Assembly: GCF_964204645.1 (NCBI RefSeq)
Contig: NC_134030.1
Location: 5,684,778-5,748,777 of the forward strand
Direction of reading: 5' to 3'
From: Tubulanus polymorphus
Lineage: Eukaryota > Animalia > Nemertea
Length of the DNA stretch: 64,000 nt
Part shown: in pieces, positions 62,800 to 64,000 of the stretch
Position numbering within the stretch: position 1 is the stretch's first letter
Layout: every line of letters starts with the position of its first letter
The notes under the pieces: generated by a model
The model's database searches: none
The model's input: the letters and a program-made list of their open reading frames with translations, nothing else
Told to the model about the DNA's origin: nothing
Translations under genes and position numbers: made by a program

Positions 62800-63849
62800 A
62801 TGTCGAATGTAACGCGCTTTCGAACTTATTGGATGGAATATATGAAACATTTCCCCACGAAAGAGACGTCAGAAGGCGCTCGGCGGCTTTTCCTTTGGGG
62901 ATTTCCAATATTGCTACTGCTGGGTAGTTTTGGTAATGTGACGTCATTCGTGGTTATGCTGTCGAGTAACATGCGCCGGAAGTCGTACAGCCGTTATTTG
63001 GCGATGCTTGCCGTAACCGACCAAATCGTCCTAAGCGCGTCGCTGATAGTTTGGTTAAACTTCATCGGTATCGAGGTGACCGGCGATCTGTTAGTTATTT
63101 TCATGTCGAGGACTGGATGCTTGCTAGTCGAATACGTGTTCTTCACAGCTGTCACGTTGAGCACTTGGATCATATGCGTTATATCACTGGAAAGACTTAT
63201 CGCTGTGAATAGCCCCCTGGCGGTGAAACGCACCATTACTCCACGCATCACTAACCTAATTATGTTTATGATCGTCTCCTTTTCGTGTATGACGACGAGT
63301 TACGTGCTTTTTCTGATAGATTTCGATGACGATTTCGGCTGCTATTACGATCTTCACTCGTACAAACTTAACTTTATATTCGCCTCATCGCTGTTGATGC
63401 ACGTACCCGCTTCTTTGGTGTTCATTTTCAACGTTTCGATCATAGCGATCTTAAAGAAAAAGTCGAAATTCGGAACGAGCAGAATCCGGAGGTCCGAGGC
63501 GTTACACGCTACTCTGATATTGTCGACTGTATCAGTTATGTTTTTGGTAATGACTCTACCACTCGGAATAGCGGCCTTATTGCTCGCCATCCGATCTGAC
63601 TGGAAGGCGACTCTGGGAGTCATATATGACTACGGTCGCACGGTATACTGCATCAACTTCGCCATTAATTTCTACATATATCTGACAGGGCGAGAGGTGC
63701 GCGAAGCTCTTCTCAAGCTTATTTTTCCTAAATGGAGTAGTAAACGCAGAATTTCGAACGAACGATGTATTAGTTCAAACGGCGAATCGGGCGCCAGAGT
63801 CAGGAACCAGATATCAGATTCACTTGCGATGGAAACAACATATATGTAA
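62800..63849 (+). CDS. Class A (rhodopsin-like) GPCR, peptide-receptor-like orphan, single coding exon
   Basis: Seven hydrophobic segments: GN (TM1), LAVTD (TM2), SLERLIAV (TM3), FLVMTLP (TM6), NFAINFYIY (TM7). Acceptor cacag at about 62680. Confidence 0.9.
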   Translation: MSNVTRFRTYWMEYMKHFPTKETSEGARRLFLWGFPILLLLGSFGNVTSFVVMLSSNMRRKSYSRYLAMLAVTDQIVLSASLIVWLNFIGIEVTGDLLVIFMSRTGCLLVEYVFFTAVTLSTWIICVISLERLIAVNSPLAVKRTITPRITNLIMFMIVSFSCMTTSYVLFLIDFDDDFGCYYDLHSYKLNFIFASSLLMHVPASLVFIFNVSIIAILKKKSKFGTSRIRRSEALHATLILSTVSVMFLVMTLPLGIAALLLAIRSDWKATLGVIYDYGRTVYCINFAINFYIYLTGREVREALLKLIFPKWSSKRRISNERCISSNGESGARVRNQISDSLAMETTYM

Positions 63850-64000
63850 GAACAAAATTGTAAAAAAAGAAAAGAAACGAATGTCCCCCGAAGGCGAACT
63901 ATTTCTCCGGTTAGTATTCAAATCTAGGATTTGGCGAATTTGACATTCGTTTCTTCCAGCGAGAATTGTGTTTTGAATTAAATCTCCATCGTGCAATATA

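Overview
AT-rich, gene-dense DNA from an intron-containing animal genome. It looks like a compact invertebrate genome, probably lophotrochozoan (inferred from gene content and GT-AG introns only). Genes, reconstructed by hand from splice sites and reading frames: a GT32 alpha-1,4-glycosyltransferase; an 11-exon SLC17/sialin-like transporter; a large secreted EMI-like/EGF/cbEGF protein with a 2.4-kb low-complexity exon; a complex tau/MAP2-family locus (seven tubulin-binding repeats, alternative first exons including an MGNCKS lipidation type, and same-strand nested ORFs); two tandem myosin essential light chain genes; an intronless TSP1-repeat, probably GPI-anchored protein; an NHL-only beta-propeller; a 161-aa RLxRPT-repeat protein; a small secreted precursor with two homologous 6-Cys peptides; and an intronless class A GPCR. 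Many MITEs are present, including an 863-bp foldback element packed with E2F-like sites. The best candidates for undescribed biology are the acidic/cationic twin Cys-peptide precursor and the architecture of the tau locus. All gene models are unverified predictions with no RNA evidence.
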